A stretch of 63,945 bases of DNA from Gemmatimonas sp. (GCA_050257355.1 JBLMWS010000137.1:1-63945), one strand, 5' to 3'; counted from the stretch's first letter, positions 38,999-48,780 are shown. Notes: generated from the letters alone by a model not told the origin. Numbers and translations are program-made.

Positions 38999-39286
38999 AT
39001 GGCTAAGCTGCAATTCCTATCGGCTGCTCTACTCGCTGCAGCGGTAGTCGCCACGCCCGCCATGGCTCGTGAGGGCCATATGTATTCGCGCTACGGCGAT
39101 CCTTACGCGGCGGAGGACTCTTATGCAGGCCCGGCACCTGCGGGAGCTTACGTTGCCGCGCCTTACGCCCGCGGCTACGGTTACGGCTATGCGAGTACCT
39201 GTGCTCCCGCACCGCGTGTGGGCGCGTTTGCCAGCCAGCCCTGGGACAATGATCCGACCTGCGCACCGGGAACCACGCCATATTGA
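38999..39286 (+). CDS. small secreted hypothetical protein
   Basis: GGAGA RBS; signal peptide ending PAMA; C..APRVGAFA.QPW...P.C. Confidence 0.75.
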   Translation: MAKLQFLSAALLAAAVVATPAMAREGHMYSRYGDPYAAEDSYAGPAPAGAYVAAPYARGYGYGYASTCAPAPRVGAFASQPWDNDPTCAPGTTPY

Positions 39287-39295
39287 TCGACCGCC

Positions 39296-40609
39296 TCAGT
39301 CTTCGGGATGGCCGGGCTTGACCCGGCCATTTTCCGGCCCGTCGTAGGCGATGCCGCGGATCACGGCGCCTGCACCGAATTTCCTGCGCAGATTGTCGAT
39401 CGCCCGTTCGGCGTGAGCCGCGCGGCGATCGAGCATGTCGGTGTCGTCGTTCTGCGATCCCACCCGCAGCGCGCTGACGCCCGTGCCCATCAGGCGAAAG
39501 GCGGTGCCGTCGATCTCCTTCGCGAGCAGCTCACGCGACACCGCGAAAATTTTGGCCGCGAGTTGCGTCGGCGCGCCGATCGATTGCGAGCGCGTACGTT
39601 GACGAAAATCCGCGGTCTTCAGTTTCAGCGTAATGGTCGAGCCGGCGAGCCCTGCGTTCTTCAGCCGGAATGATACTTTCTCCGACAGCCGCCACAGCAG
39701 CCTTTCGAGCGTGGCGAAATCGCGAATATCGGTCTCGAAAGTGGTTTCACCGGAAATGGTCTTTGCGCCGCGATCGGGCACGACCTTGCGGTCGTCGATG
39801 CCGCGTGCGAGCCGCCACAGCCTGCGGCCATCGGAGGGAAACTGCTTCATCAATTCGATCTCGTCAGCGCGCTGCAGATCGGCGATGGTGCGAAAGCCGC
39901 GATTGACCAGCCGTTCCTGGGTCGCGGGCCCGACGCCGAAGATGAAGCCGACCGGCTTCTCCGCCAGGAGGGCGCACGCCTCCCCCTGATCGAGCGTGGC
40001 GAAGCCGCGGGGCTTGTCGAGGTCGGAAGCGATCTTGGCCAGGAATTTGTTGCAGGAGAGTCCGACCGACACGGTGATGCCGATGTCGCGCTCGACGTCG
40101 CGGGCGAACTGCGCCAGCACTTTCGCCGGCATCATGCCGTGCACGCGCTCCGTCCCGGAGAGGTCGAGGAAGGCCTCGTCGATCGAGAGCGGTTCGACCA
40201 GCGGGGTCAGCGCCATCATGGCCTGGCGTACCTCGCGGCCGACGCGGACATACTTGGCCATGTCGGGCGGGATCACCACCGCCTGCGGACAAAGCTCCAG
40301 TGCCTTGAACATCGGCATGGCCGAGCGCACACCATAGGTGCGCGCGATGTAGCAGGCGGCCGAGACCACGCCGCGCTTGCCGCCGCCGATGACGACGGGC
40401 TTGTCGGCGATATCGGGATCGTCGCGCTTCTCCACCGTGGCATAGAAGGCGTCGCAGTCGATATGCGCCAGCGAAAGCGCAGCCAGCGCACGGTGACGAA
40501 GAAGGCGGGGGGAACCGCAAGCGCCGCAGCGCTTTGCTGTTGCGTCCAGATCGGCGAGGCAGTCCCGGCAGAAGCAGGTCGGCCCCACCGCTGGCGCAGG
40601 TTCGCTCAC
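39296..40609 (-). CDS. dinB: DNA polymerase IV
   Basis: N-terminal [36 protein letters not shown]; GTG start overlapping the upstream stop. Confidence 0.95.
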   Translation of the reverse strand: MSEPAPAVGPTCFCRDCLADLDATAKRCGACGSPRLLRHRALAALSLAHIDCDAFYATVEKRDDPDIADKPVVIGGGKRGVVSAACYIARTYGVRSAMPMFKALELCPQAVVIPPDMAKYVRVGREVRQAMMALTPLVEPLSIDEAFLDLSGTERVHGMMPAKVLAQFARDVERDIGITVSVGLSCNKFLAKIASDLDKPRGFATLDQGEACALLAEKPVGFIFGVGPATQERLVNRGFRTIADLQRADEIELMKQFPSDGRRLWRLARGIDDRKVVPDRGAKTISGETTFETDIRDFATLERLLWRLSEKVSFRLKNAGLAGSTITLKLKTADFRQRTRSQSIGAPTQLAAKIFAVSRELLAKEIDGTAFRLMGTGVSALRVGSQNDDTDMLDRRAAHAERAIDNLRRKFGAGAVIRGIAYDGPENGRVKPGHPED

Positions 40610-40905
40610 GGCACGTCGCGCTCCCATTTGGGGTCGCCGAGGACCTGCCGCGCAGCAGCGATGTTGGTCGGATGCAGCTCCGAGGCCTTGGCGAACGCTT
40701 TCACGGTCGCGTCATCGCCCATCACGAAGTCGAGCACGCTGGCGAGGAATCGCGGATCGGCGGCGGATTTGTGCAAGGTCTCGGGACCGATTCCCGTCTC
40801 GGCCAGGAACAAGCCCAGCCGCTCAGGATCGCCCGCAATGAAATTGAGCGCCTGAATCGCAACGATTTCAGCGACTTCCCGAGGGTTTTGAACAGGCTTT
40901 TTCAA
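40606..40905 (-). CDS. DUF3572 family protein
   Basis: [24 protein letters not shown]...A.DP.FL..VLDF. Start uncertain (TTG 40905 or ATG 40926). Confidence 0.85.
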   Translation of the reverse strand: MKKPVQNPREVAEIVAIQALNFIAGDPERLGLFLAETGIGPETLHKSAADPRFLASVLDFVMGDDATVKAFAKASELHPTNIAAARQVLGDPKWERDVP

Positions 40906-41139
40906 CGCGCCGGTTTGCCTTTCCATTAACTTATGATGTCTAATTTCCAAACCATCATGCCCGAGTCTTCCGGATCTGTTCAAGCAAGTGGAAACCACAA
41001 GGGCGAAGAAGAAGAGCGGGCTTAACGGGTTGGAGCGAAACTGGCGCTAGTTTGAATTACATTTCGCTCGGCACCCGGCTTGAGACTCGAACCAACTCGA
41101 ACCGGGCCGGCTGTTGTGACAAGAGGATTGGAGGACGGG

Positions 41140-41505
41140 ATGGCTAAGTCCGTCCTGATCGTGGAAGACAACGAGCTCAACATGAAGCTCTTCCGCGATC
41201 TTTTGGAGGCTCACGGCTACCAGACCTCGGGGACCAGCAACGGTTTCGAGGCGCTCAATCTGGTGCGCAAGATGCGTCCCGACCTGATCCTCATGGACAT
41301 CCAGCTGCCGCAGGTTTCCGGCCTCGAAGTGACGCGCTGGATCAAGGACGATCCGGAATTGCGCGCGATCCCGGTGGTCGCCGTCACCGCCTTCGCGATG
41401 AAGGGCGACGAGGAACGCATCCGCGAGGGCGGTTGCGAGGCCTATCTTTCCAAGCCGATCTCGGTCGGCAAATTCATTGAAACTGTCAGGCGCTTTATTG
41501 GGTAG
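41140..41505 (+). CDS. divK: single-domain response regulator DivK
   Basis: [56 protein letters not shown]; upstream of pleD. Confidence 0.95.
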   Translation: MAKSVLIVEDNELNMKLFRDLLEAHGYQTSGTSNGFEALNLVRKMRPDLILMDIQLPQVSGLEVTRWIKDDPELRAIPVVAVTAFAMKGDEERIREGGCEAYLSKPISVGKFIETVRRFIG

Positions 41506-41517
41506 GAGTGAGTTTCG

Positions 41518-42891
41518 GTGTCCGCGCGTATTCTGGTGGTCGACGACGTCCCCGCCAACGTCAAGCTTTTGGAAGCCCGTCTGTCGGCCGAATATTTCGA
41601 TGTGCTGACCGCAAGCAATGGTGCGGAGGCTCTCAAGCTCTGCCAGCGCGCGGAGTGCGATATCATCCTGCTCGACGTGATGATGCCGGACATGGACGGG
41701 TTCGAGGTCTGCCGCCGGTTGAAATCGGATCCTACGACCCACCACATCCCGGTGGTCATGGTCACCGCGCTCGACAGCCCCGCCGACCGCGTGCGCGGGC
41801 TCGAGGCCGGCGCCGACGATTTTCTCACCAAGCCGGTCTCCGATATCGTGCTGCTGGCGCGGGTGCGCTCGCTGACCCGGCTCAAGATGATGACGGACGA
41901 ATTGCGCATGCGCGCGCTGACCTCGTTCGAGATCGGCGTGCAGGCTCCGGAGCGCAGCGCCGTCGCCGATACCGGAAAGGGCGGCCGCGTGCTCCTGGTC
42001 GACGACCGTGCCTCCTCCTATGAGCGGCTGGCGCCGCTGCTTTCGGCCGAGCATACGGTCGACGTCGAACCCGCTCCGGCGGAAGCCCTGTTTCACGCCG
42101 CGGAGGGCAACTACGATCTCCTGATCGTTTCGCTCGATCTCGACAATTTCGACGGGCTTCGTCTGTGCAGCCAGGCCCGCTCGCTGGAGCGCACGCGCCA
42201 CGTGCCGATCCTCGCCATCGCCAATCCCGAGAGCAGCACGCGGCTCTTGCGCGGGCTCGAGATCGGCGTGAACGACTATCTGTTGCGCCCGGTCGAGAAG
42301 AACGAGCTCATGGCGCGCGCCCGCACGCAGGTGCGCCGCCGCCGCTACACCGACTATCTGCGCGACAACGTCCAGAATTCGATCGAGATGGCGATCACGG
42401 ACGCGCTCACCGGACTGCACAACCGTCGCTATATGGAGAGCCATCTGGCGACGCTCGCCGAACAGGCGGCATCCCGCGGCAAGCCGCTGGCGCTGATGAT
42501 GCTCGACATCGACTATTTCAAATCGATCAACGACACCTATGGGCATGATGCCGGCGACGACGTGTTGCGTGAATTCGCCGTGCGCGTGCGCAAGTCGATC
42601 CGCGGCATCGACCTTGCCTGCCGTTACGGCGGCGAGGAGTTCGTGATCGTGATGCCGGAGACCGATCTGCACGTCGCCGGCATGGTCGCCGAGCGGCTGC
42701 GCCGCGCCATTGCCGGCGATTCCTTCGCGGTCGACAAGGGGACCAAGCACATCGAGGTGACCATCTCGATCGGCCTGTCGACGCTCGAGAGGAAGGGCGA
42801 GCCGGTCGCCGACGTGCTGAAGCGCGCCGACAAGGCGCTCTACCGCGCCAAGCACGACGGTCGCAACCGCGTCGTCGCGCAGGCGGCGTGA
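41518..42891 (+). CDS. pleD: diguanylate cyclase response regulator PleD
   Basis: REC-REC-GGDEF, RGID I-site, GGEEF; GTG start. Confidence 0.96.
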   Translation: MSARILVVDDVPANVKLLEARLSAEYFDVLTASNGAEALKLCQRAECDIILLDVMMPDMDGFEVCRRLKSDPTTHHIPVVMVTALDSPADRVRGLEAGADDFLTKPVSDIVLLARVRSLTRLKMMTDELRMRALTSFEIGVQAPERSAVADTGKGGRVLLVDDRASSYERLAPLLSAEHTVDVEPAPAEALFHAAEGNYDLLIVSLDLDNFDGLRLCSQARSLERTRHVPILAIANPESSTRLLRGLEIGVNDYLLRPVEKNELMARARTQVRRRRYTDYLRDNVQNSIEMAITDALTGLHNRRYMESHLATLAEQAASRGKPLALMMLDIDYFKSINDTYGHDAGDDVLREFAVRVRKSIRGIDLACRYGGEEFVIVMPETDLHVAGMVAERLRRAIAGDSFAVDKGTKHIEVTISIGLSTLERKGEPVADVLKRADKALYRAKHDGRNRVVAQAA

Positions 42892-42970
42892 GGCACGGTC
42901 GTCATCTCGGCGAAAGTGGATATCCACGCGGTGACAGCCTCAGATTCCATTTTCAAACACTTGCTCCGCT

Positions 42971-43143
42971 GTCATCGTCCAACTTGCCGCCTCCGCTAAA
43001 GCTCCGGCGCGCCCTGGACTCGTGAGCCCCGTCGAAGCCTTTGGCGAAGACGGGACCGGACGGTCCAGTGTTCCAGCGCCGCCCGAGGCTTCGCAGAAGG
43101 GCCGCGGCGTACCGGATCGCCCTCCTTTGCTCTTGGCGATGAC
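42971..43143. repeat. REP-like GTCATC...GATGAC element with a second palindromic repeat nested at 42987..43053
   Basis: Outer ends GTCATCG/CGATGAC; inner CCGCCTCCGCTAAAGCTCCGGCG...CGTCGAAGCCTTTGGCGAAGACGG inverted repeat. Confidence 0.7.
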
Positions 43144-43169
43144 GAGCGAGAGCGTGGAGGGACATAACT

Positions 43170-43580
43170 CCGCCTTCTCGCGACGACATTTCGCCCGAGT
43201 TGTCCATCATTATCACCCTCTCCAGAAGATGGAGGGTGCAGGGAAGGCCGGGTGGCCGCTGCACCCGGGGCCCCCGCGCAAAAGATTTGCGCGAGCGCGC
43301 GTTGACCACAGGTACAGGCGGTGATCACACCGGCCTTCCCCGCGCGATGGTTTTACGGCTTGCTTCGCGCTCTCCTCGGTGAACCAGCTCGTTGCCACCG
43401 TCGCAGGCCACGATGCGAATGCATCGTCGCCGGCTTGGCGCCTGCATGGGCGCGCCAGGACCACACGACTTCGCCGTACGCGTCGATGCCGCTCGTCTGT
43501 CGGCACATCCGCGTCCACCGCGTCCCGCCTCGCGTATCGTGACGATCGCGATGCGCCCTCTTCGATCGAGCCGGGATGCA
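43170..43580. ncRNA. large multi-stem non-coding element (candidate structured RNA / dispersed repeat)
   Basis: Nested long-range stems and several local hairpins, with no credible ORF; details under findings. Confidence 0.5.
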
Positions 43581-43850
43581 AGGACACTACGTTAAATCCG
43601 AAATTCTGAAAAGCAGAATATTTTTGCACGCAGGGCTTGACAGGAATTCGCGCCAACAATCCGGGTCGGGCAAATCTCCGCCCGGCGATCGAGCTCCGGT
43701 CCGCTCGCGACGATGGCGTCGCGATGCCGCTCATCGTCTGGGACGCGAGCAGCCGGCGCGCGAGGTATGATATGGCTCGAGATAAGCCTGGGTCGAGGAA
43801 CAATGGCGCGGCAATCTCATTGAGCTTCCGAGGCAACACGCAGGTTCCGC

Positions 43851-44105
43851 ATGGCCACCATCCAGCAGATTTCTCCCGACGCGACGCTTCCATCGACAGG
43901 ACGCCATGTTCTGGTTCGCTTGGGCGACAACGATGCGCTCGAAAGACAGGGTGAGAGCTTCGTCTACACCATCGGCCGCAAGATGGCTCGCAACCTGTTT
44001 GAAGCACATGTGCAACGAATGATCAGCGACGCGGAGCTGTTGGCGGATCAGGAGAAGATCGAGCTCGTGTTCGTCACCTTCGATCCGCAATTGGGCATCA
44101 GCTGA
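43851..44105 (+). CDS. hypothetical protein (84 aa)
   Basis: ATG start, protein-like composition, tandem with the next gene. Confidence 0.65.
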   Translation: MATIQQISPDATLPSTGRHVLVRLGDNDALERQGESFVYTIGRKMARNLFEAHVQRMISDAELLADQEKIELVFVTFDPQLGIS

Positions 44106-44131
44106 CAGGCAAACCGGGCGGGGGAGCGCGA

Positions 44132-44410
44132 GTGACGATCGAAGTCAAGCAGACGGACCATTCGGATCCGCTCGCATTTGATGTCGTGGTCCGGGAGGCG
44201 GGGCGTGAAACCCACCATCGCGTCACGATGTCAGCAAAAGATTATGACCGGCTCAGCAACGGCTCGATCGCGCCGGAGCACTGCATCGAGGCTGCTTTCC
44301 GTTTCCTGCTCGATCGCGAGCCCAAAGAGGCGATCCTGTCGCAGTTCGACGTCAGTGTCATTTCGCGCTACTTCCCGGATTTCGAGACGAAGCTGCCCGG
44401 ATATCTCTAG
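44132..44410 (+). CDS. conserved hypothetical protein (92 aa)
   Basis: GGGGAG RBS plus GTG; T.H.VT...PE..IEAAFRFLLDREPKE.IL..FD..VISRYFP.FE. Confidence 0.8.
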   Translation: MTIEVKQTDHSDPLAFDVVVREAGRETHHRVTMSAKDYDRLSNGSIAPEHCIEAAFRFLLDREPKEAILSQFDVSVISRYFPDFETKLPGYL

Positions 44411-44429
44411 TGCTCTGACCTCCATTCCC

Positions 44430-44456
44430 TCATTCCGGGGCGTGCCCGAAAATGAC
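44430..44456. repeat. internally deleted REP remnant
   Basis: TCATTCCGGGGCG-TGCCCGAAAATGAC matches both ends of the element at 52843..52935. Confidence 0.5.
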
Positions 44457-44564
44457 AGCGAGTGGATCAAGCCGGCTGGGCATTTGCCCGGCGCCGGCGA
44501 AGCGGCGGCTCTATTGAATTCCGTGCCGTCCGCTATCAAATCTGAGCATTGCCGGAGATTCGAG

Positions 44565-45521
44565 ATGCCCAAGCTGCAATCGCTGATCAGCACCTGCTTC
44601 GTCGTCGCTGCGACGCTCGCCGGTACGCGGGTGCTGGCTGCGCAGGCTCCGCGGCCGGATAAAGTCTCGTTTTATTTTGCTGCGCATGAGGACGATTGGC
44701 AGCTCTTCATGAACCCGTCCGCCTTCCAGGACGTGACCGCCGGCGCCACCAAGACCGTCTTCATCCATGTTACCGCCGGTGATGCCGGGCTCGGGACCGG
44801 CTCGGCGGACCGGGCGCATCCGCTGTATCTGGCGCGCGAAAACGGTGCCGAGGACGCCGTCCGGTTTATGGCCGATGGCGACGCCGTCCCGGCCAACCCC
44901 ACGGCGTCGACCGTGCCCTTCAACGGACACCTGATCTATCGGGTCAGCTACCGCGATACCGTCAGCTATTTCCTGCGCCTGGCTGACGGCAATCCGCTTG
45001 GAACGGGCTACGCACATACCGGCTTCCAGTCCCTCAAGCGCCTGGCCGACGGCGACAACGATACGCTGGCGGCAGTCGACGGCACCACGGCCTATCATGG
45101 CTGGAATGATCTCACAGGAACATTGCGCGCGATCATCGACTATGAGCGCGGGCCCGCAAGGCTGGTGCAGCTCAACATTGCCGAACTGGACCCGCGCATC
45201 AATCCCGGAGACCATTCCGATCATCTGATGACGGCGAAAGCTGCGATCGACGCTTCGCGCGATTTGCCTTGCGTGCGCCGCGTGTCCTACGTGGATTACG
45301 CCAGTTCCAAGCTGCCCGAAAATCTGGACGCACAGCAGCGCGACATGGAGAGCTCGGTATTCGCCGTCACACTTGCCGGCGTGCAGGCACTGGGCCAACC
45401 CACCTCGTGGCATCACTACGACGACGCCTATATCGGTCGTAATTATTTCCGCGTGCAGGAGGCGCCCGCCAGCTGCAGCGCAGGGGCTAGCCAGGTCGCC
45501 ACACAGGTCGGAAAGCAGTAA
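44565..45521 (+). CDS. exported PIG-L/LmbE-family deacetylase-like protein
   Basis: Signal peptide; AHEDD (AHxDD), TAGD, ARE, DHSDH (HxDH). Confidence 0.8.
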   Translation: MPKLQSLISTCFVVAATLAGTRVLAAQAPRPDKVSFYFAAHEDDWQLFMNPSAFQDVTAGATKTVFIHVTAGDAGLGTGSADRAHPLYLARENGAEDAVRFMADGDAVPANPTASTVPFNGHLIYRVSYRDTVSYFLRLADGNPLGTGYAHTGFQSLKRLADGDNDTLAAVDGTTAYHGWNDLTGTLRAIIDYERGPARLVQLNIAELDPRINPGDHSDHLMTAKAAIDASRDLPCVRRVSYVDYASSKLPENLDAQQRDMESSVFAVTLAGVQALGQPTSWHHYDDAYIGRNYFRVQEAPASCSAGASQVATQVGKQ

Positions 45522-45612
45522 GTCGCCACCCCATGCATCAAGGGGCGGGTTCGAGTCCGTTCCGGACGCCAACGCGCCAGAAGCAGCTTCCAGATGAACT
45601 GCGCGCATTCGC

Positions 45613-45626
45613 TTGATGCAAGTCAA
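45613..45626. promoter_or_regulatory. FixK/FNR-type box
   Basis: TTGAT-GCAA-GTCAA about 75 nt upstream of ATG 45699. Confidence 0.55.
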
Positions 45627-45698
45627 CGCGCTGTCCCCTCCATCAGCAAGATTGCGTCACGGAGTTGATGTCAGACCGCCGACAAGGCTGGGAAGATT

Positions 45699-46874
45699 AT
45701 GGGCCGCCTCGAGGCACCGAAGGATGCGCCGCCCGTACACCGCATCGTTTCGGTGGATGCCCTGCGCGGCTTCAGCATGTTCTGGCTCCTCGGAGCCGAC
45801 GGCATTTTTTGGTCCCTCGACAGGATGGCGCATGGCCGAGGGATGCTTGGCTCGATCGCAAGCTTCCTCAAGACGCAGATGATTCATGTGGCCTGGGAAG
45901 GCTTCCGCTTCTACGACCTGATTTTCCCTTTGTTCATATTTGTCGTTGGCGTCGCGATCGTGCTGTCGCTGCCGGGGCTGGTCGAACGCGAGGGAAGGGC
46001 GGCGGCGCATGTCCGGGTGTTCCGCCGCGCGTTGATTCTGTACGGTTTGGGGCTGATTTGCTATGGCGGCATCAGCCATCATTGGAGCGACATCCGTTTT
46101 CTCGGCGTGCTGCAACGCATCGCACTCTGCTATCTGGCGGCATCGCTCCTGTTTCTGAATCTCGATCGCCGCGGGATCGTGGTCGCGCTGATCGTATTGC
46201 TGGTCGGCTATTGGGCTCTGATGGTGTTCGTGCCGGTACCCGGGATCGGCGCCGGCTCGTTTGCGCCGGACGCCAATCTGGCCAACTGGATTGACGCCCG
46301 CTACCTGCCCGGGCGGTTTTGGGACGTCACCCACGACCCCGAGGGATTGTTGAGCACGCTGCCGGCGATCGGCTCGTGCTTGCTCGGCGTGCTGGCCGGT
46401 CTGACTCTGACCGACGTTAGGCTGCAGGCGGGACAAAAATCTCTGCTACTGATCGGCAGCGGCATTCTGCTGACCATCGCCGGATACGCCTGGGGAGTCG
46501 AATTTCCGATCGTCAAGGCGATCTGGACCTCGTCGTTTGTGCTGGTCGCAGGCGGATACAGCCTGATGCTGCTCGGCGGCTTGCATCAACTCGTCGATGT
46601 CTGGGACTTCAAACGATGGGCGGCGCCCTTTGTCTGGATCGGCGCCAATTCCATCACGCTCTATGTCATCAATAGCGTGGCAGGCGTCGAGGATGTCAAT
46701 GTGTCGGGCTTCGAGCGATTTGCGCGACTGTTCGTCGGTGGTGATTTTTCCGATCTGCTCGACCATGTGCTGACGCCGGGTGCGGGCGATTTCGCCGTGC
46801 ACGCGCTGAGCCTGGGACTTGCGATCGCGCTCGCCGGTTTCCTCTATCGCCGCAAGATTTTCCTGCGGGTCTGA
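45699..46874 (+). CDS. HGSNAT/NagX-like (DUF5009/DUF1624) transmembrane acyltransferase
   Basis: RIVSVDALRG, H..WEGF..YDLIFPLFIF.VG, GVLQRIA..Y, DPEGLLS, K.IWTSSF, G.NSI. Confidence 0.88.
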   Translation: MGRLEAPKDAPPVHRIVSVDALRGFSMFWLLGADGIFWSLDRMAHGRGMLGSIASFLKTQMIHVAWEGFRFYDLIFPLFIFVVGVAIVLSLPGLVEREGRAAAHVRVFRRALILYGLGLICYGGISHHWSDIRFLGVLQRIALCYLAASLLFLNLDRRGIVVALIVLLVGYWALMVFVPVPGIGAGSFAPDANLANWIDARYLPGRFWDVTHDPEGLLSTLPAIGSCLLGVLAGLTLTDVRLQAGQKSLLLIGSGILLTIAGYAWGVEFPIVKAIWTSSFVLVAGGYSLMLLGGLHQLVDVWDFKRWAAPFVWIGANSITLYVINSVAGVEDVNVSGFERFARLFVGGDFSDLLDHVLTPGAGDFAVHALSLGLAIALAGFLYRRKIFLRV

Positions 46875-46950
46875 GCGCCGGAATCGTTCAAGTCATCTTC
46901 GCGCTGGTCCGCCTAAGCGCGCCGCCGATGCTGCGGCCTGCGTGAGTGGT

Positions 46951-47076
46951 TGCCCAATTTTTGAGCCAACATCTGCCCGCGAAAGCGGCATGAGAAGATC
47001 TTTCTTCCCGCCGAGCAGGCAGAATGGCCGGCTGCTAAGTGGTTTACCTGAAGGTTCTGGGTGGCACGAATCTTGA
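46951..47076 (+). promoter_or_regulatory. sigma54 promoter with upstream NtrC-like sites
   Basis: TGGCAC-GAATC-TTGA at 47062..47076; 17-bp TGCCC-N7-GAGCC (46951) and TGC-N11-GCA (46974); upstream of amtB. Confidence 0.55.
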
Positions 47077-47388
47077 CTGATCCTGGCCAATAACTGGAGG
47101 CGGGAAGCATCAGCGATGTTTCCCGCCCTTGGGATGCCCAAGGACAAGGCCGGTCAGCCATGAGGCTCGTTGCCGCCAATCTCCACTCCGCCGGCTCGAC
47201 CGCCCCGCAGCGGTGCCGGGCAGCTCCGGTGCGGTGCCTTGCGCCGCGCCCGCGCTTGTCTGCCGATTTCACACTCATTCCGAATAACAGCAGGGACGGG
47301 GGCGCGGCCCGCCGCTCGCCTTCCCGCATTCCGCGAAAACAGGAGTTCCAACGAGCCTGCACTGACAAAACTCGGGACAAGGAGGACG

Positions 47389-48780
47389 ATGATGAAAGTG
47401 GGGAAATTCGCGCGCCAGAGGTTCGCGACATTGGTCGTGGTGCTGGCGGGGGCCGCGCTGCTCTGGCTCGTCCTGGGTAGCGCCACTCTTGCCGACGACA
47501 CGCCGCAGGCTTGCGGCGGGAAGATCCTGGAGAAATGCACGCCGAACTCCGGCGACACCGCCTGGATGCTGACCTCGGTGGCGCTGGTCCTGATGATGAC
47601 GGTGCCGGGGCTCGGCCTGTTCTATGGCGGCATGGTGCGCAAGAAGAATGTCGGCGACACCGTGATGACCAGCTTCGCTGTCACCTGCCTCGTCACCATC
47701 CTGTTCGCGATCCTGACCTACAGCATGGCGTTTCGCGCCGGCTCGCCGTTCGTCGGCGGGCTCGACCGGATGTTCCTCAAGGACATCCTGAGCGACATCG
47801 GCGCGGGCGGCATCGGCAATCCCAATCCGCTGGCGCCGACCATCCCGGAGAGCGTCTACATCTGTTTCCAGATGACGTTTGCGATCATCACGCCGGCGCT
47901 GATCGCCGGCGCCTTCGCCGAGCGCATGAAATTCTCGGCCATGCTCTGGTTCATCGGCCTGTGGTCAATCTTCGTGTATGCGCCGATCGCCCATTGGGTG
48001 TGGGGACCGGACGGCATCTTCTCCGCCGGCAACGATGACGCCTGGGTCAAGGTGCTCGACTTCGCGGGCGGCACCGTCGTGCATATCAATGCCGGCGTCG
48101 CCGGGCTGATGTGCGCGATCATGCTCGGCAAGCGCGCCGAGACCGGGCCGGCGCACAACATGGTGCTCACCTTCATCGGCGCCTCGCTGTTGTGGGTCGG
48201 CTGGTTCGGCTTCAACGCCGGTTCCGCGGTGACCGCGGGCATGCAGGCGGGCATGGCGATGCTGGTCACGCAGATCGCGACCGCGGTGGCCGGCTTTACC
48301 TGGATGCTGGTGGAATGGGCGCTCAAGGGCAAGCCGACCGTGGTCGGAATTTGCTCGGGTGCGGTCGCAGGACTGGTTGCCATCACGCCGGCTTCCGGCT
48401 TCGTCGGCCCGGTCGGCGCCTTCGCAATCGGGATTGCGGCCGGTGTCGCCTGTTACTGGGGCTGCACCGGGTTGAAGCGGATGTTCGCTTACGACGACGC
48501 GCTGGACTGCTTCGGCGTGCATGCGCTCGGCGGCATCGTCGGCGCGCTGCTCACCGGCGTGTTTGCGGTGAAGCAATATGGCGGCACGGCCGGCCTGCTG
48601 GAAGGCAATCCGGGTCAGTTCGTCAACCAGTGCATCGGCGTGGCGACGGTGTTCATCTATGACGCCGTGGTCAGCCTGATCATCCTGTTCGTGGTGAAGA
48701 TGTTCGTGGGCTTGCGGGTTTCCGAGGACGCCGAGCGCGAGGGCCTCGATCTCGCGCTGCATGGAGAAGTCGTGCACTGA
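47389..48780 (+). CDS. amtB: ammonium transporter
   Basis: GGAGG RBS; DTAWML...LVL.MT.PGL.LFYGG.VRKKN, FQMTFA, DFAGGTVVHINAG, WFGFNAGS, DD.LD.FGVH. Confidence 0.97.
   Translation: MMKVGKFARQRFATLVVVLAGAALLWLVLGSATLADDTPQACGGKILEKCTPNSGDTAWMLTSVALVLMMTVPGLGLFYGGMVRKKNVGDTVMTSFAVTCLVTILFAILTYSMAFRAGSPFVGGLDRMFLKDILSDIGAGGIGNPNPLAPTIPESVYICFQMTFAIITPALIAGAFAERMKFSAMLWFIGLWSIFVYAPIAHWVWGPDGIFSAGNDDAWVKVLDFAGGTVVHINAGVAGLMCAIMLGKRAETGPAHNMVLTFIGASLLWVGWFGFNAGSAVTAGMQAGMAMLVTQIATAVAGFTWMLVEWALKGKPTVVGICSGAVAGLVAITPASGFVGPVGAFAIGIAAGVACYWGCTGLKRMFAYDDALDCFGVHALGGIVGALLTGVFAVKQYGGTAGLLEGNPGQFVNQCIGVATVFIYDAVVSLIILFVVKMFVGLRVSEDAEREGLDLALHGEVVH

Noticed and set aside
40500-40609. Zinc ribbon at the DinB N-terminus
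   Set aside because: Normal for alphaproteobacterial Pol IV.
40906-41139. Full CtrA box upstream of divK/DUF3572
   Set aside because: Only TTAAC half-sites are visible; no TTAA-N7-TTAA.
42953-44007. Many overlapping ORFs in the repeat region, and group II intron or rRNA identity for it
   Set aside because: The translations are not protein-like; I could not find a group II domain V, an RT ORF or rRNA signature sequences.
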